A stretch of DNA of 64,000 nucleotides from Candidatus Uhrbacteria bacterium (GCA_016844925.1 JAERTI010000036.1:11053-75052); one strand, 5' to 3'; numbered from the stretch's first letter, positions 1 to 11,040 are shown. Notes: generated from the sequence alone by a model not told the origin. Made by a program: numbers and translations.

Positions 1-2588
1 CATCAATGGTAACCGTTGCGTTTTCTGCACCGGACCCACTGACACTAATTGTATTGTTCCCTGCGTCAGCAATTGTAGCCACATAATCACCAGTAGTATC
101 AGTACCCAACGTGACCGCGTCTGCAGAAATCGACGCGACTCCAGCGCTGGAAACATCCACGTCACCACTAAGATCAACGGGGTTGTAGCTCGTTCCATCA
201 GCCACGAGGATGAAACCAGATGTGTTGGTATTCATCATCAGATCATCACCAGCAATCTTCAGATCCCCAGAAGTCTCAAGGTTTCCAGTGGTGCCCATGT
301 CCGTAAGTGTAAGAAGGACATTTGTTCCATCACTGAAGGTCAGGACCTCTGTGTTGTTGATGGCAATATTTGGAGTCGTGGCATCGAACGTAATGTCAGC
401 GCCGATCGATGGAACACCGTTGATGTCGACCGTGGAGTCGAAACGTGTTGCGCCATCAACCTCTAGGGCACCCTCGACGAAAAGAGTGTCATCTGCGAGT
501 GCTGTCAGACTATCTGGTGTTGAGCCAGAGCCAATTCGTGCGCCTGAGACAACGGTCAGATCTGATTCTACGTTTGCGTTTGCCGTAAATGTCGTGAGTC
601 CGTCGAACGTAAAGGATCCATCGTCCGATGCCGTGAATCGATCCGCTCCATTGTCCTGAATCACGAAATCTCCCGTTGAAGCAAGGTTGAAAATGATTTT
701 TCCTGTTCCATTGTTTGTGAAAAGAAGCTGGTCATCAGAATCCATGGTAATGGATGTAGACGCATCGAGTCCGAGTGTGTCACTTAAGACAGCAAAGTCG
801 AGACAGTCGTTACAGTTCACATCTACCACATCAAGTGTTACTGGAGCACCCTCAGAACCAGATCCAACCACAGTCACTGTACCGTTCCCCGCGTCAGCGA
901 CCGTGGCAACGTAATTACCCGTTGTGTCTGTACCTAGCGCAACGGCATTAGATGCAATCGTAGCCACTCCAGCGCTAGAGACATCGACGTCACCACTAAG
1001 ATCTACCGGGTTGTAATTCGTTCCATCGGCCACAAGGATGAAGCCTGAGGTGTTGGTACCCATGGTGAGGTCGTCACCTGAAATCGTCAGGTCACCTGAA
1101 AGCGTGAGGTTCCCGGTTGTACCCGCATCAGCCAACGTGAACAAGGTGTTCGTGCCGTCGGTAATGGTGAGAGACTCACCATTATTAATCGCAACATTTG
1201 GTGTTGTGGCATCGAATGTGATGTCAGCACCAATCGATGGGACACCGTTGATGTCGACCGTGGAATCGAAACGTGTCGCACCATCAATCTCTAAGGCACC
1301 CTCGACGAAGAATGAATCATCCGCTAGGGCTGTAAGACTATCTGGTGTTGAACCTGTTCCAATACGCGCGCCTGATGTGACAATCAGATCCGCTCCAATA
1401 GTTGCATCGTTGTCTGTTGAAATCGTTCCGATTCCAGACAAGTCACCTGTGGCGGAGATGTCCCAGTCGCTCGTGTTGATCGCAATGGAGTCGCCCCCAT
1501 CACCAATGGTTGTGTTTTGTGCAAACGTCAAATCGCCACCGGCAATAGACAGAGCCAAATCTGTCGAACCGGTCGTGGTTATAACGCCTGAATCAAACGT
1601 GGTATCGGTTCCCACTCCAAATCCACCATCACTAAACACTTTCCCCTCTACACCAATGGATCCTGCGACAAATAGATCGTCACCCCCGAGAGAGAAAGAT
1701 GTGTGCGAAAGTGTTTCCGTGGAACTTGTTGAAGCTCCTATGACAAGGTCATTATCAATAAACCCATCACCCATAACCTCGAGCTCGTCGACAATCTGCA
1801 AATCCCCAACTCCTCCAGAGGCGTAAGTGAATGAAGTATTTGCTCCAATAACAACAGCGCTATCATCCTCATAGATATGAGGTGGCACCGAAGTAGTCTC
1901 CCACACAGAGGTAACGTCTGAAGTGAACGCAATGGTTCCTGAACTATCCTTAAAGGTATAGACGTTGTCACCTGTTGGATCAGTGAACGCGAATGTTGAC
2001 TCAAAATCATCTGCTGTTGCCCCCTCGAAGACAAATGGAGATGCGCCTGAGAGCGTCGCGCCAGTGAAGTCGAAGACTCCCGTACCAGTATCACCAGTCG
2101 CCGCTAAGAATCCCGTTGAATCGATTCCATCGAGACGCTGAGCATTGATGGCGTATGGTGCTGCCGTAAGCTGCTTACGTGGTGAAAGTGTCTCGCCGGC
2201 AATATCGACCTCAAGATAGATATTTGTATTGTCACCAAAGACCGAGTCGGCAATGGCAGCGTACGAGTTGCTCGTGTCGCCAAGGTTCTCTGTGAAAAGT
2301 CCCGATGTAAGCGTTACGGAGCGACCTGTTGTGGAAGCTGGTGTGTTGCTATCACAGTCCGCACTTGAGTTTGACCACAGACACGTTCCCGATGTCGATG
2401 CGTCGTACAAGAAGAACTTCATTGTCAGACTCGAATCGCTGGCAGGAACGCCATTATTATCAAGAACCCGCCCTTGATAGGTAACGATGTTTGGCGGCGC
2501 AGCAGATTGCACAATGCCAAATACTGCCATCAGTGAGAGGATGACGAGTATTCCTGTGACAAATTGTGAACTGTGTTTGAGTAACATA
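1..2588 (-). CDS. Large repetitive secreted surface protein (partial; start codon at 2588, continues beyond window start). Has an N-terminal signal peptide (MLLKHSSQFVTGILVILSLMAVFGIVQSA) and long Gly/Thr/Asp/Ser-rich beta-repeats, with an internal ~830-bp diverged tandem duplication
   Basis: Manual reverse-strand translation gives an uninterrupted ORF from the ATG at 2586-2588 to position 1. The + strand ORFs 210..659, 687..914 and 1038..1826 are antisense artefacts of it. AGGAGG lies just upstream. The ORF track does not list it because it runs off the window edge. Confidence 0.7.
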
Positions 2589-2593
2589 GCCTC

Positions 2594-5500
2594 CTATGAA
2601 GTTGGTGCTGGTGGAATATTTGTCAGATCAATATCTGGCTCAAGCCCAACCTCCTGAGAGAAGTCGATGGGCTCGGTGAGTTGTGAGTAGTCGATGGGAC
2701 GAATTTCCATCGGCTTGAATCCTTCTTTTTGGAACGTAGCGAAGTATTTGTTTGGTCCGAGCATGAACGCATAGCGCCCCTTGCTATCAGTAATTTGTGT
2801 CTCGAGTACCTTGTTGTATTTCGGCTCGAAGATACGCGCGACCACACGCGAGAGCGGACGACCTGTGTAGGAGTCGTACACCACACCCCAGCTAATAGGT
2901 TTTCGAGGTCGAGCCAGACGCTTGGCCAAGAAGAATACTCCTAGCTGAATGCCGATCATGCCGAGCGAGAATGGTGTCGGTCGAATGGCACCAAACGCTC
3001 CGGCTGCAAGAACACCTCCGAAGGCCAACACATGCTGAGCCGTGCGCAGCCACTTGCGTCGTATAGCTGTTGTAGACGCTTGCGCCACATCCTGCTGCAC
3101 AGGATCAAGTGGAATGTTGGCTGAGATGACCGCACTAGCGTCCGTCACCTCAATAGGCTCTGAGTGGTAGACATCTAAGTACTGTCCATCCACTTTCTCC
3201 CCTGCTAGATACTGTGATGGGAATTGATATCCCGATTTTGTGACTTGAATGCGATACCTTCCTGTATCAACCAAGAAGAAGTATCGCCCCCCCTTGTCGG
3301 TAACCCGACTCTTGACGAGACGACCAGGTAACCCGGCCGCCTCGTCTTGTTGTGTGACTTGAAAGAGACGTACCACCGCAAGATCCACTGGGGTCTTGGA
3401 GATAGCGTTATAGACGACTCCGTAACTCTTCCTGCGTCTGCGCCAGAAAAAGAGAATTGGCGCTGTGAAAATGTATTGCAGGAATGGAAGGAAATCGAAC
3501 GCGACAGAAAGTACGACCACACTCGCCCCCGCCGTAACAGCAAGTGTGGGAACAGATACTTCTGCGGCCTCTTCTACACCGGGGAGCTCTCGAATGGTTT
3601 CGAGGCCCTCTTGTACTGCCTGGATTGGTTCAAGATCGAGCACGGTCTCGATCACACTAAGAGCAGCTGCCGTGTCATCCACTTCCTCAGCTTCAGGTTC
3701 TTCGTCTTCAGCTTCGGCTTCAATGATTGGCTCCTCGTCCTCTTCCTGCTCGTACGCTGCAAGAACAATGCGAGGATTCACAATCGCATTTGCGACCACA
3801 AGCTGACCCGTGCTTGTAGTCTCAAAGCCTTCTGCTTCGACTTCGACAAGATAGGTGCCGTTTGGCACATACCAAGCGAATGACCCGTCTGAGGAAACGG
3901 TTGTTGGGTTGAACTGGTTATATGGGGACCCATCCCACACCACCTGCTCACCATCAACGATTTCAAAGAGCGTAACGGTTGCGTTTGATACCGTTGTTTC
4001 TTCACCATCGATGACCTGGAGTGCGTAGCCCTGAGAGACAACGCGCAGGTATGAAGAAACAAATTCAGATGAACCATCGTCGTATTCGACTTCTATGATC
4101 ACCTGTTGAATGCCTTTAGCACTCGGTACGGCAACATCCGCGTTGTAAAGAACGCCTGTCTCGTCTAGAGACAGAAGGAATAGATCGCTGCCTATGGACA
4201 GCTGAACGCTGCTAACATCGTCAGCAACTTCTGACACGGGAATCTGCACACTCAACGTGCTTGTGGGAAGCACCTCAACCACACCGGAGCTGGTGGTCTC
4301 GAGCGTAAGAGATCTCTCCGCGACAAGATAACTGATGTCACTATCGGTTAGTTCACCTTCCTCCGCACCCAAGGAGGTAGGTTCACTCACGCTAGGACAA
4401 TCGATTGGACATGAGGCTGATGATTCAGACTCAGAACACACACCGTCTCCACAGGAAACCGCCAGACCTGAAGAGTCGTCTGTCTCTGAGATGTCATCAT
4501 CTCCTGTCACATCACCGGATCCACCTGATTCAGAATCTTCTTCGGACCCCTCCGTAGAATCTTCTTCACCTTCTTCGGTGGCCGGCTCTTCCTCTGAAGG
4601 AACTTCCTCCTCAGAGGGCACCTCTTCTACTGGAGCACTTGGTAACCCAGATCCAAGCGCACCAGAAGCAAACTGCCCTGCTTCATCGTAGGAAAAAACT
4701 CCAAGGTAATAAGTAAGATCAGCTGTTAAACCAGACAACGTCCCTTCTTCAGTAAGATCGTCGAGGCCTGTCGTGCAATCTTCATCTGTTGGACCGTCTG
4801 GATAGTCATCTTCACAAACCAACACGAGAACTCCATCCAAATCTTCATCCGTTGGATTTGTCCAAGACAATGAAAGGGACTCAACGCCGGACTCTACCAG
4901 CAAGTCTGAAACATTTGCCGGTGGCAAATCTTCCTCTGTCGTGAAGGTGTTATCTGCAGAAAACGCTTGATTCGAGAATTTGTCTGTCGAAACAGCTTGA
5001 AAATGATATTCCGTCTCATCATCAAGTCCCGTCAACAAAACAGAGTGTGATGTGACATATTCGCCGTCATATCCAGTAGACTCATAGGTTTCCGTAAGCC
5101 CATAAGAGACCACACTGTTGGCATCTTCATTGGTCGTCCAAGTGATTCGCGCCGAATCATACGTGATATCAATCACTTCAATATCTGAAATAACAGGCGC
5201 TGTTTGATCCAACGTTGTGAACACGAGCGTGTCTGAAATTCCGACATTAGATGCACTGTCAGTTGAATTGGCGTTGAAGTAATAGGTTTCCCCCTCACTC
5301 AACCCAGTCAACGTTAGACTGTGGGATGTCACGAACTCACTGCTGTAGAAGTTATCTAGATCGACATACTCATCTAAACCAATATTCACCCTTGAATCTG
5401 ACGATTCATCGGTTGTCCAACTCACCACAGCCGAAGTTGTGCTCACGGACGAAACCTTGAGTCCAGAGAGTACTGGCGCTGTGGAATCAGGACTTCCGCC

Positions 5501-6097
5501 ACCACCCCCAGTCTCTGGAGGTTCAGGGACTGTTGCCGAAACAGGAATGCTTCCATCCCCATTAATTGGTAAGGCAATGGAACCACGGTCACCAAACGTT
5601 CCAGCAATGGAGATAAAATGCGTGCCACTTGTTACCGGATTAGTAACTTGATTTGCACCCGTTCCGCTTTCTGTGGCATTCGTCCCCACCTCAACGGTAA
5701 CTTGACTTGCCGCCGCAACGGCCCCACCGTCGCCGGCACAGATAGTAATTGTCACTACATCTGAAGCGATTTCAACGGAAGCTTGCTCTGTTCCAGAGCA
5801 GTCTGCAGCCGTAGTCAGATCGACTCCGTCATCAGCCACATCTACATCATCTTCAATGATCGATGATGTATCGAAGGCTGAAGCAAATGTAATCGTTACG
5901 TTTTCACCTTCTGCTATACCTGAAGGAGTTGTAAAGATCAGCTTATGATCCGCAGGAAGGAACGCCTGGAGCGTGGAAGGATAATCATTCCCCGCTGTAA
6001 GCGTCGCTGCTGACACCTGCGAAGCACCCACAATAATCGCCGTTGCAAATACCGCGACTAATAGGATGTTTCGAGTTGTATTGATGAGCGTTCGCAC
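2594..6097 (-). CDS. 1167-aa secreted surface protein. It has a signal peptide, fibronectin-III-like repeats (TAPV.S...VSW.T.E...Y.F), an acidic Ser/Glu-rich linker, and two C-terminal hydrophobic anchors. Each anchor is followed by an Arg/Lys tract and a carboxypeptidase-regulatory/Cna-B-like beta-sandwich domain
   Basis: ORF track protein. Signal peptide MRTLINTTRNILLVAVFATAIIVGASQVSAA; TM segments at ..AGASVVVLSVAFDFLPFLQYIFTAPILFFWRRRRK and ..VLAFGGVLAAGAFGAIRPTPFSLGMIGIQLGVFFLAKRLARPRKP. It is the same operon as the flanking genes, with gaps of only 3-6 bp. Confidence 0.8.
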   Translation of the reverse strand: MRTLINTTRNILLVAVFATAIIVGASQVSAATLTAGNDYPSTLQAFLPADHKLIFTTPSGIAEGENVTITFASAFDTSSIIEDDVDVADDGVDLTTAADCSGTEQASVEIASDVVTITICAGDGGAVAAASQVTVEVGTNATESGTGANQVTNPVTSGTHFISIAGTFGDRGSIALPINGDGSIPVSATVPEPPETGGGGGSPDSTAPVLSGLKVSSVSTTSAVVSWTTDESSDSRVNIGLDEYVDLDNFYSSEFVTSHSLTLTGLSEGETYYFNANSTDSASNVGISDTLVFTTLDQTAPVISDIEVIDITYDSARITWTTNEDANSVVSYGLTETYESTGYDGEYVTSHSVLLTGLDDETEYHFQAVSTDKFSNQAFSADNTFTTEEDLPPANVSDLLVESGVESLSLSWTNPTDEDLDGVLVLVCEDDYPDGPTDEDCTTGLDDLTEEGTLSGLTADLTYYLGVFSYDEAGQFASGALGSGLPSAPVEEVPSEEEVPSEEEPATEEGEEDSTEGSEEDSESGGSGDVTGDDDISETDDSSGLAVSCGDGVCSESESSASCPIDCPSVSEPTSLGAEEGELTDSDISYLVAERSLTLETTSSGVVEVLPTSTLSVQIPVSEVADDVSSVQLSIGSDLFLLSLDETGVLYNADVAVPSAKGIQQVIIEVEYDDGSSEFVSSYLRVVSQGYALQVIDGEETTVSNATVTLFEIVDGEQVVWDGSPYNQFNPTTVSSDGSFAWYVPNGTYLVEVEAEGFETTSTGQLVVANAIVNPRIVLAAYEQEEDEEPIIEAEAEDEEPEAEEVDDTAAALSVIETVLDLEPIQAVQEGLETIRELPGVEEAAEVSVPTLAVTAGASVVVLSVAFDFLPFLQYIFTAPILFFWRRRRKSYGVVYNAISKTPVDLAVVRLFQVTQQDEAAGLPGRLVKSRVTDKGGRYFFLVDTGRYRIQVTKSGYQFPSQYLAGEKVDGQYLDVYHSEPIEVTDASAVISANIPLDPVQQDVAQASTTAIRRKWLRTAQHVLAFGGVLAAGAFGAIRPTPFSLGMIGIQLGVFFLAKRLARPRKPISWGVVYDSYTGRPLSRVVARIFEPKYNKVLETQITDSKGRYAFMLGPNKYFATFQKEGFKPMEIRPIDYSQLTEPIDFSQEVGLEPDIDLTNIPPAPTS

Positions 6098-6103
6098 ACA
6101 TGT

Positions 6104-7042
6104 TTAGGTTTTGTGTGTCCTCCTCGATGCACGCGCACCGAATTTGTAAACGATGAGTAATAGAGCTGCTGCTGCAAAAACCGTGAGGATCAACTGCCAT
6201 GGAATCAGCCAGAATGTGAACTCTGCGTTCATCATGTCATCACCATCGCCATAGCTGACGTTTAGCAGAGCCGTAACAGGACCAATGCTGAAATGCTGTG
6301 CCTGATAATTCACCAACTCATACCAACTCGCATGCTCGCCGGATGAAATACTTCCTCGGTACGTTCGTGTGGATCCAGGAAGGACACGTCCACCCGACTG
6401 ATTTGCATCAACGCGTGAAATTTCTCTTCCTAAGAAATCCGTTACAACAACCTCGCCAGTTGGGAGAATATGTACATTCCCCTGATTCTGCACACGATAT
6501 TGAAAATCAATATCTAACGTCGAGAGCAATGCAGCAGGGGTCTCACTTGTGAAATCAAGCAAACTGGCCTTCTCAGTCGTCTCACCAGCAACTGTTAATA
6601 GCACTAAGACGGCTGTTTTTGCCTCGATAATGGCACCATTGCTCGCAACCACATCCTCTGGAGCTGGCGACACTGTAATCGCGGCATAGTAACCACCGGA
6701 GGCAACATCCTGGGGGACACGGACTTCAAACGGAATATCTGCAGCACTTTCTGCTGGCACAACAACGACCTCTGAATCGAATGTAAACCATTCAAGATAG
6801 TCGGCAGTTGATTCACCTGTTGGAATGAACTGTGGCTCTCCTCCTTCATCACGAGCCGTAAACTCGATTACGTCCAAATAGTACGTTTGATCGATTCCAC
6901 TCGTGTTGATGACGGAAATCGCATCCTCAGTAAGGCTTCCTCGCTCTAGAACCATCTCTACTAGCGAAGGGGAGACACTTGCTGCGGATACCATTACTGG
7001 CATCAGAAGCAGGATAAACAACGTGATGACAAGCTGTTTCAT
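6104..7042 (-). CDS. 312-aa cell-surface protein with N-terminal signal peptide and C-terminal TM anchor plus basic tail (reminiscent of DUF916-type surface proteins of Gram-positives)
   Basis: ORF track. Signal peptide MKQLVITLFILLLMPVMVSAAS; C-terminal WQLILTVFAAAALLLIVYKFGARASRRTHKT. Confidence 0.7.
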   Translation of the reverse strand: MKQLVITLFILLLMPVMVSAASVSPSLVEMVLERGSLTEDAISVINTSGIDQTYYLDVIEFTARDEGGEPQFIPTGESTADYLEWFTFDSEVVVVPAESAADIPFEVRVPQDVASGGYYAAITVSPAPEDVVASNGAIIEAKTAVLVLLTVAGETTEKASLLDFTSETPAALLSTLDIDFQYRVQNQGNVHILPTGEVVVTDFLGREISRVDANQSGGRVLPGSTRTYRGSISSGEHASWYELVNYQAQHFSIGPVTALLNVSYGDGDDMMNAEFTFWLIPWQLILTVFAAAALLLIVYKFGARASRRTHKT

Positions 7043-7045
7043 ACA

Positions 7046-7951
7046 TTAGAAGTTTCCTGACGCAATAAACGAAAGTGTTTGAGAATAGGAGCCTGCAGTT
7101 GCCCCATCTGCAACAGCCGCCTTTAGAGTAAGGAAGTTTCTGCTCGAGAAACTCGCTGATGACTCTGTGGCTATATCTTGATAGGTCGTCGTAATCGCTG
7201 CGTCTGCTGAATCGAAATCACTTGAGGCGAGAGTTGTGTCTGATGATCGAGCACCATATTCTGTGGCCCCCGAACTTACCGCACCATCTGAAACATCTGT
7301 AATGGCATTGCCTCCACTCCTAAGGTCACCATCCTCGAACAACTGCACAACATAACCGTTATCATTCTCAACATTCACCTCGATTCCAATGATGGCGGTA
7401 GAAACAGAACTTGATGAAAGCTCACCAAAAGCAATCGAGGAAGCATCCAATTGATAGACATAGTCATTAGATCCATCAATAGAAGGGGCTGTTCCACCGT
7501 TTGTCAGGCTATCTACCGTAATAGTTGATGCACCGACACTCGTCACCTTTCCAATAGCTCCAACCTGATTAACTCCCCTGTCTTGGATCAAAGCAACGTA
7601 GTTACCAACACTGATACCACTTACAGAAGTTGTAATCGTTGTCCCAGAAAGCCCTGATGCGGAACGAGCGTCAGATAAATCTTGTACCTGTACATCAAAT
7701 GTAATGATCTGATCGTAGACACCTTCTCTATAACCCTGCCCAAGGATATAGCTGGAGCTCGATGAACGACCCGCAGGGCCATTTTCAACAGAGTCCCTTA
7801 AGAGGTAGTTAGATGAACTGGATGTATCAGAACCACCGGTGCTGAACGTATCCCACCTAATCTCGTAGTTTGTGGATGTCATTTCGGCCTGGGTAAAACC
7901 AGCGCATACAAAAAACCCCACAAGCGCAAAGGTGAAAAGATGTAATCTCAT
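7046..7951 (-). CDS. ~300-aa secreted Ser/Thr/Gly-rich surface protein, first gene of the surface-protein operon
   Basis: ORF track 7046..7981. The more likely start is the ATG at 7949-7951 (MRLHLFTFALVGFFVCAGFTQA signal peptide), preceded by GAGG. A TTGACT-N17-TATACT promoter lies just upstream. Confidence 0.65.
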   Translation of the reverse strand: MRLHLFTFALVGFFVCAGFTQAEMTSTNYEIRWDTFSTGGSDTSSSSNYLLRDSVENGPAGRSSSSSYILGQGYREGVYDQIITFDVQVQDLSDARSASGLSGTTITTSVSGISVGNYVALIQDRGVNQVGAIGKVTSVGASTITVDSLTNGGTAPSIDGSNDYVYQLDASSIAFGELSSSSVSTAIIGIEVNVENDNGYVVQLFEDGDLRSGGNAITDVSDGAVSSGATEYGARSSDTTLASSDFDSADAAITTTYQDIATESSASFSSRNFLTLKAAVADGATAGSYSQTLSFIASGNF

Positions 7952-8012
7952 AGGCTTACCTCTACAAATAGAGTATATCATGAATACTAAATGTAGTCAA
8001 AGTATTTCTTTG

Positions 8013-8038
8013 CTAAGCTTAGCAAAGAAATGGACCTT
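8013..8038. promoter_or_regulatory. Perfect 26-bp palindrome TTTCTTTGCTAAGC|TTAGCAAAGAAA abutting the -35 box of the surface-protein operon promoter; candidate operator
   Basis: Read directly. A perfect DnaA-box nonamer TTATCCACA also occurs at 8100-8108 in the same intergenic region. Confidence 0.5.
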
Positions 8039-8288
8039 TTTTGATGCAAAAGTAGGAAAAAAATAGAAAAAACTTCTAAAACTCTTTGAAATTGCCGCTT
8101 ATCCACATTTTTCCCTGTTTGTCTACCCCAGTGTTGCCAAATAACTAAAATCCACCAAAAGTTGGTGGATTTTAGTTCGATCTATTTAACCTTATCGCTT
8201 GCATCTCATAACTACTGTGATCTGATCTACTTAACCATGACTTCAGATTTCACAGTATCGTTTCTCGTGAAACACCATCAGAATTTTA

Positions 8289-8364
8289 TGGTGTCCCCGG
8301 AGGGACTCGAACCCCCATGTCATCCTTAGGAGGGATGCGCTCTATCCTGTTGAGCTACGAGGAC
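8289..8364 (-). tRNA. tRNA-Arg (anticodon CCT), CCA encoded
   Basis: Manual cloverleaf fold of the reverse complement: acceptor GTCCTCG/CGGGGAC, anticodon stem CATCC/GGATG with loop CTCCTAA, T-arm GGGGG-TTCGAGT-CCCTC. A hairpin terminator lies downstream at ~8143-8170. Confidence 0.8.
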
Positions 8365-8444
8365 AATTGACATATTTTACTCTGTGAAATAAGAGCTATT
8401 GCGCATGATATAATCCCAGAGCGTCGTTATAATACGCCACTCAA

Positions 8445-9581
8445 TTGGCACAGTCAAAACTTTTTATGTCAACAGAAGCATTTTTAACTTCAGTCATTGT
8501 TGCACTAGTTCTAGGGATCTTGTTCTTAGCTACTAGAAAACCTCGCTCAAAAAGTCCAGATACTGATTCAAACCTGCTCGCACTCATTAATGATTTAAGA
8601 AAAGAGATACAATCTACAACCAACTCTCAAAGAAAAGAGGTTGAAGGAAAGCTTGATCAAATGCATGATCGGCTCCTCCAGAATATGCAAGAGTCTTCTT
8701 CAACTCTTCAGAAGCATTTTAGGCACACATCAGTCATCATAAAGGATGTGACTGAACGTCTCACGCAACTTGATGACACGAATAAACAAGTCCTTGGTTT
8801 TTCTGAACAACTTCAAAGCTTGGAAAACATCTTAAAAAATCCAAAACAACGAGGAATCCTAGGTGAATATTGGCTTGAATCCCTTTTAAATCAAGTTCTT
8901 CCTCCTGGGCAATATAAAATGCAACACGATCTAGGTATCAACGAAAAGACCGGGCAAAAACTAATTCCAGATGCAGTTATTTTTGTTAAAGATTTTATCA
9001 TTCCAATTGATTCAAAGTTTTCTCTTGAAAACTACAACCGTATTTCACAAGAAACAGATCAAGCAAGACGCTCACTACTTGAAAAAGAGTTTAAAGCTGA
9101 CGTTAAACTCAGGATCGATGAAACGTCTAAATATATCCAGCCAGAGAAAGGAACAACGAACTTTGCATTCATGTTCGTGCCCGCAGAAGGTGTCTACCAC
9201 AACCTGATCACTCAAAACGTTGGGGCTGTAAAAGTAAACACCCGAAATCTTATTGAGTATGCTTTTGAAAAAGGTGTGATGATCGTTTCTCCAACATCAT
9301 TTTTTGCCTACCTACAAACGGTGATCTTGGGATTAAAAGCTCTTCAAATCGAAGAATCTGTTAAAGACATTCAGATGCAGTCAGAAAAACTCATGCGTCA
9401 CATGAAGGCCTATGAAGATCATCACAACAGAGTGGGCAAGCACCTTGAGACAACGGTCCGGGCGTACACAGCATCATCTAAAGAATTGAAAAAGGTCGAT
9501 AAGGACATCTATAAAATCACTGACGGCATCGCCGGTAAAGAGCTTGAGCCAATAGAGCTTGAAGTGCCCCAAAGGGACTAA
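8445..9581 (+). CDS. rmuC: DNA recombination protein RmuC
   Basis: N-terminal TM, coiled coil, and a conserved RmuC C-terminal region (..GEYWLESLLNQVLPPGQYKMQ.., FMFVPAEGVYHNL..). Confidence 0.7.
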   Translation: MAQSKLFMSTEAFLTSVIVALVLGILFLATRKPRSKSPDTDSNLLALINDLRKEIQSTTNSQRKEVEGKLDQMHDRLLQNMQESSSTLQKHFRHTSVIIKDVTERLTQLDDTNKQVLGFSEQLQSLENILKNPKQRGILGEYWLESLLNQVLPPGQYKMQHDLGINEKTGQKLIPDAVIFVKDFIIPIDSKFSLENYNRISQETDQARRSLLEKEFKADVKLRIDETSKYIQPEKGTTNFAFMFVPAEGVYHNLITQNVGAVKVNTRNLIEYAFEKGVMIVSPTSFFAYLQTVILGLKALQIEESVKDIQMQSEKLMRHMKAYEDHHNRVGKHLETTVRAYTASSKELKKVDKDIYKITDGIAGKELEPIELEVPQRD

Positions 9582-9730
9582 TCTAAGGACCTGATTGTCT
9601 ATCCAAAGTATTTTACGACACAAATATCAATGAGCTGTGTATATAGATTGACACATCACCATTATCAGCTATACTACCGACGTCTCAGTTAGCGCCATTG
9701 CTAACAAAAATACGCTCAACATATAGAACT

Positions 9731-10000
9731 ATGCCAAACTTAAAGAATGCAAAGAAAGCTATTCGCCAAAGCGACAAACGCGCACAGCGCAATAAAATCG
9801 CCAAAGCGGAGATCAAGTCCCTTCGCGTAAAACTGCGTAAGGCACTTACAGCAAGTAACCTTGACGAAGCGGCAACTGTTGCGCAGCTCGTCGGGAAAAA
9901 ACTCGACAAAGCCGTCAAGAAGAACATCTTCAAGAAGAACACTGTGGCTCGATACAAGTCACGCATGATGAAGAAGATCAACGCGCTGAAAAATGCGTAG
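9731..10000 (+). CDS. rpsT: 30S ribosomal protein S20
   Basis: MPNLKNAKKAIRQSDKRAQRNKIAKAEIKSLRVKLRKA.. is a typical S20. The TTGACA-N16-TATACT promoter sits at ~9650-9680 and a hairpin terminator at 10003-10032. Confidence 0.85.
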   Translation: MPNLKNAKKAIRQSDKRAQRNKIAKAEIKSLRVKLRKALTASNLDEAATVAQLVGKKLDKAVKKNIFKKNTVARYKSRMMKKINALKNA

Positions 10001-10077
10001 AAAAAATAGACCCATGAGGGTCTATTTTTTAATTAGATTCATCTTACTAAGATTGGATTTCTACCAACCAGATAAAC

Positions 10078-11040
10078 TCAGCTCATCAGCTTCATCGCGA
10101 CAAGATCTACTGCCATATCAGCTTGAACTTGCCCAGTCTTTAATTGACGATCAAATACAAACAGCTGTTCATGGACATGCCTCAAATGCTCGAGTGAAAA
10201 GCCGCGCGCTTGAGTAAGGGCCTTACTTGCAACAAACGGATGTAGCCCCATGATACTCGCGAGTTCCTGTTTATCAGCACTGGGGTTCTCATCAAGAATC
10301 GCACGAGCGCCAAGAAGTATCCGAACCTGACGCCCCAACATGGTAAGTAGGTAATGGTCATTTGCTCCGCTCCATCTCTCTTCCTGCAATAGCCGAATTG
10401 CTTGTTTTGAGTTTCGGCGCGAAATAGCATCTATCAGGTCGAAAATCTTCCCCTCGAAACTAGCATGAACCAATTTATCAACCATCCCAACTTCAATCTC
10501 TTGAGTGTCGGCAAATGCTACAAGTTTTCCAATCTCATGATCCATTTGCCACAGATCAGGGCCAACTCTCTCAATTAACGCCCTCAGTGCCCCCGAGTTT
10601 ATGCTCCCTGAACGTGCACGAACCCTCTCTGAAACCCATGCTGTGAGCTGTGCGCCTTTCAATTGAGGAAACGCGTAATGATGAACCTCCGCAGAGTCCT
10701 GAAGAGCCTTGAACAGAGGCTTCTTCTCAAGCTTTGCAGGCTCCTCCGTTTCCCAAAAAATAACAATTGAACTCTCTGGAGCATCTTTCAGGCCCTCAAC
10801 CCACACATTCATATCGGCCTTTTTTGTTGAGCCGATCAAGTCCCGAACCACAACCATTCGTTTCTGTCCCATAAATGGCATCGAGCGCGCAGATTGGATC
10901 ACCTGACCAGGGTCTAGCTTGCCACTGTACTCTGCCGTGTTCAGCCCGGTAGGATCAAACTTCTCGCCAAACGCCGCCTTCATAACTTGGACTTTCTCCT
11001 GCACGCGAAAGCTATCGTCTCCGTAAATAAATATCAGCAT
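10078..11040 (-). CDS. holA: DNA polymerase III delta subunit
   Basis: 320-aa protein with the HolA-like fold signature (MLIFIYGDDSFRVQEKVQ.., C-terminal helical domain). Confidence 0.7.
   Translation of the reverse strand: MLIFIYGDDSFRVQEKVQVMKAAFGEKFDPTGLNTAEYSGKLDPGQVIQSARSMPFMGQKRMVVVRDLIGSTKKADMNVWVEGLKDAPESSIVIFWETEEPAKLEKKPLFKALQDSAEVHHYAFPQLKGAQLTAWVSERVRARSGSINSGALRALIERVGPDLWQMDHEIGKLVAFADTQEIEVGMVDKLVHASFEGKIFDLIDAISRRNSKQAIRLLQEERWSGANDHYLLTMLGRQVRILLGARAILDENPSADKQELASIMGLHPFVASKALTQARGFSLEHLRHVHEQLFVFDRQLKTGQVQADMAVDLVAMKLMS

Noticed and set aside
210-1826. Plus-strand ORFs 210..659, 687..914 and 1038..1826 in the track
   Set aside because: Low-complexity antisense translations of the continuous minus-strand surface-protein gene (1..2588). 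They have no RBS or promoter and share repeated MKP[DE]VLV starts produced by the internal DNA repeat.
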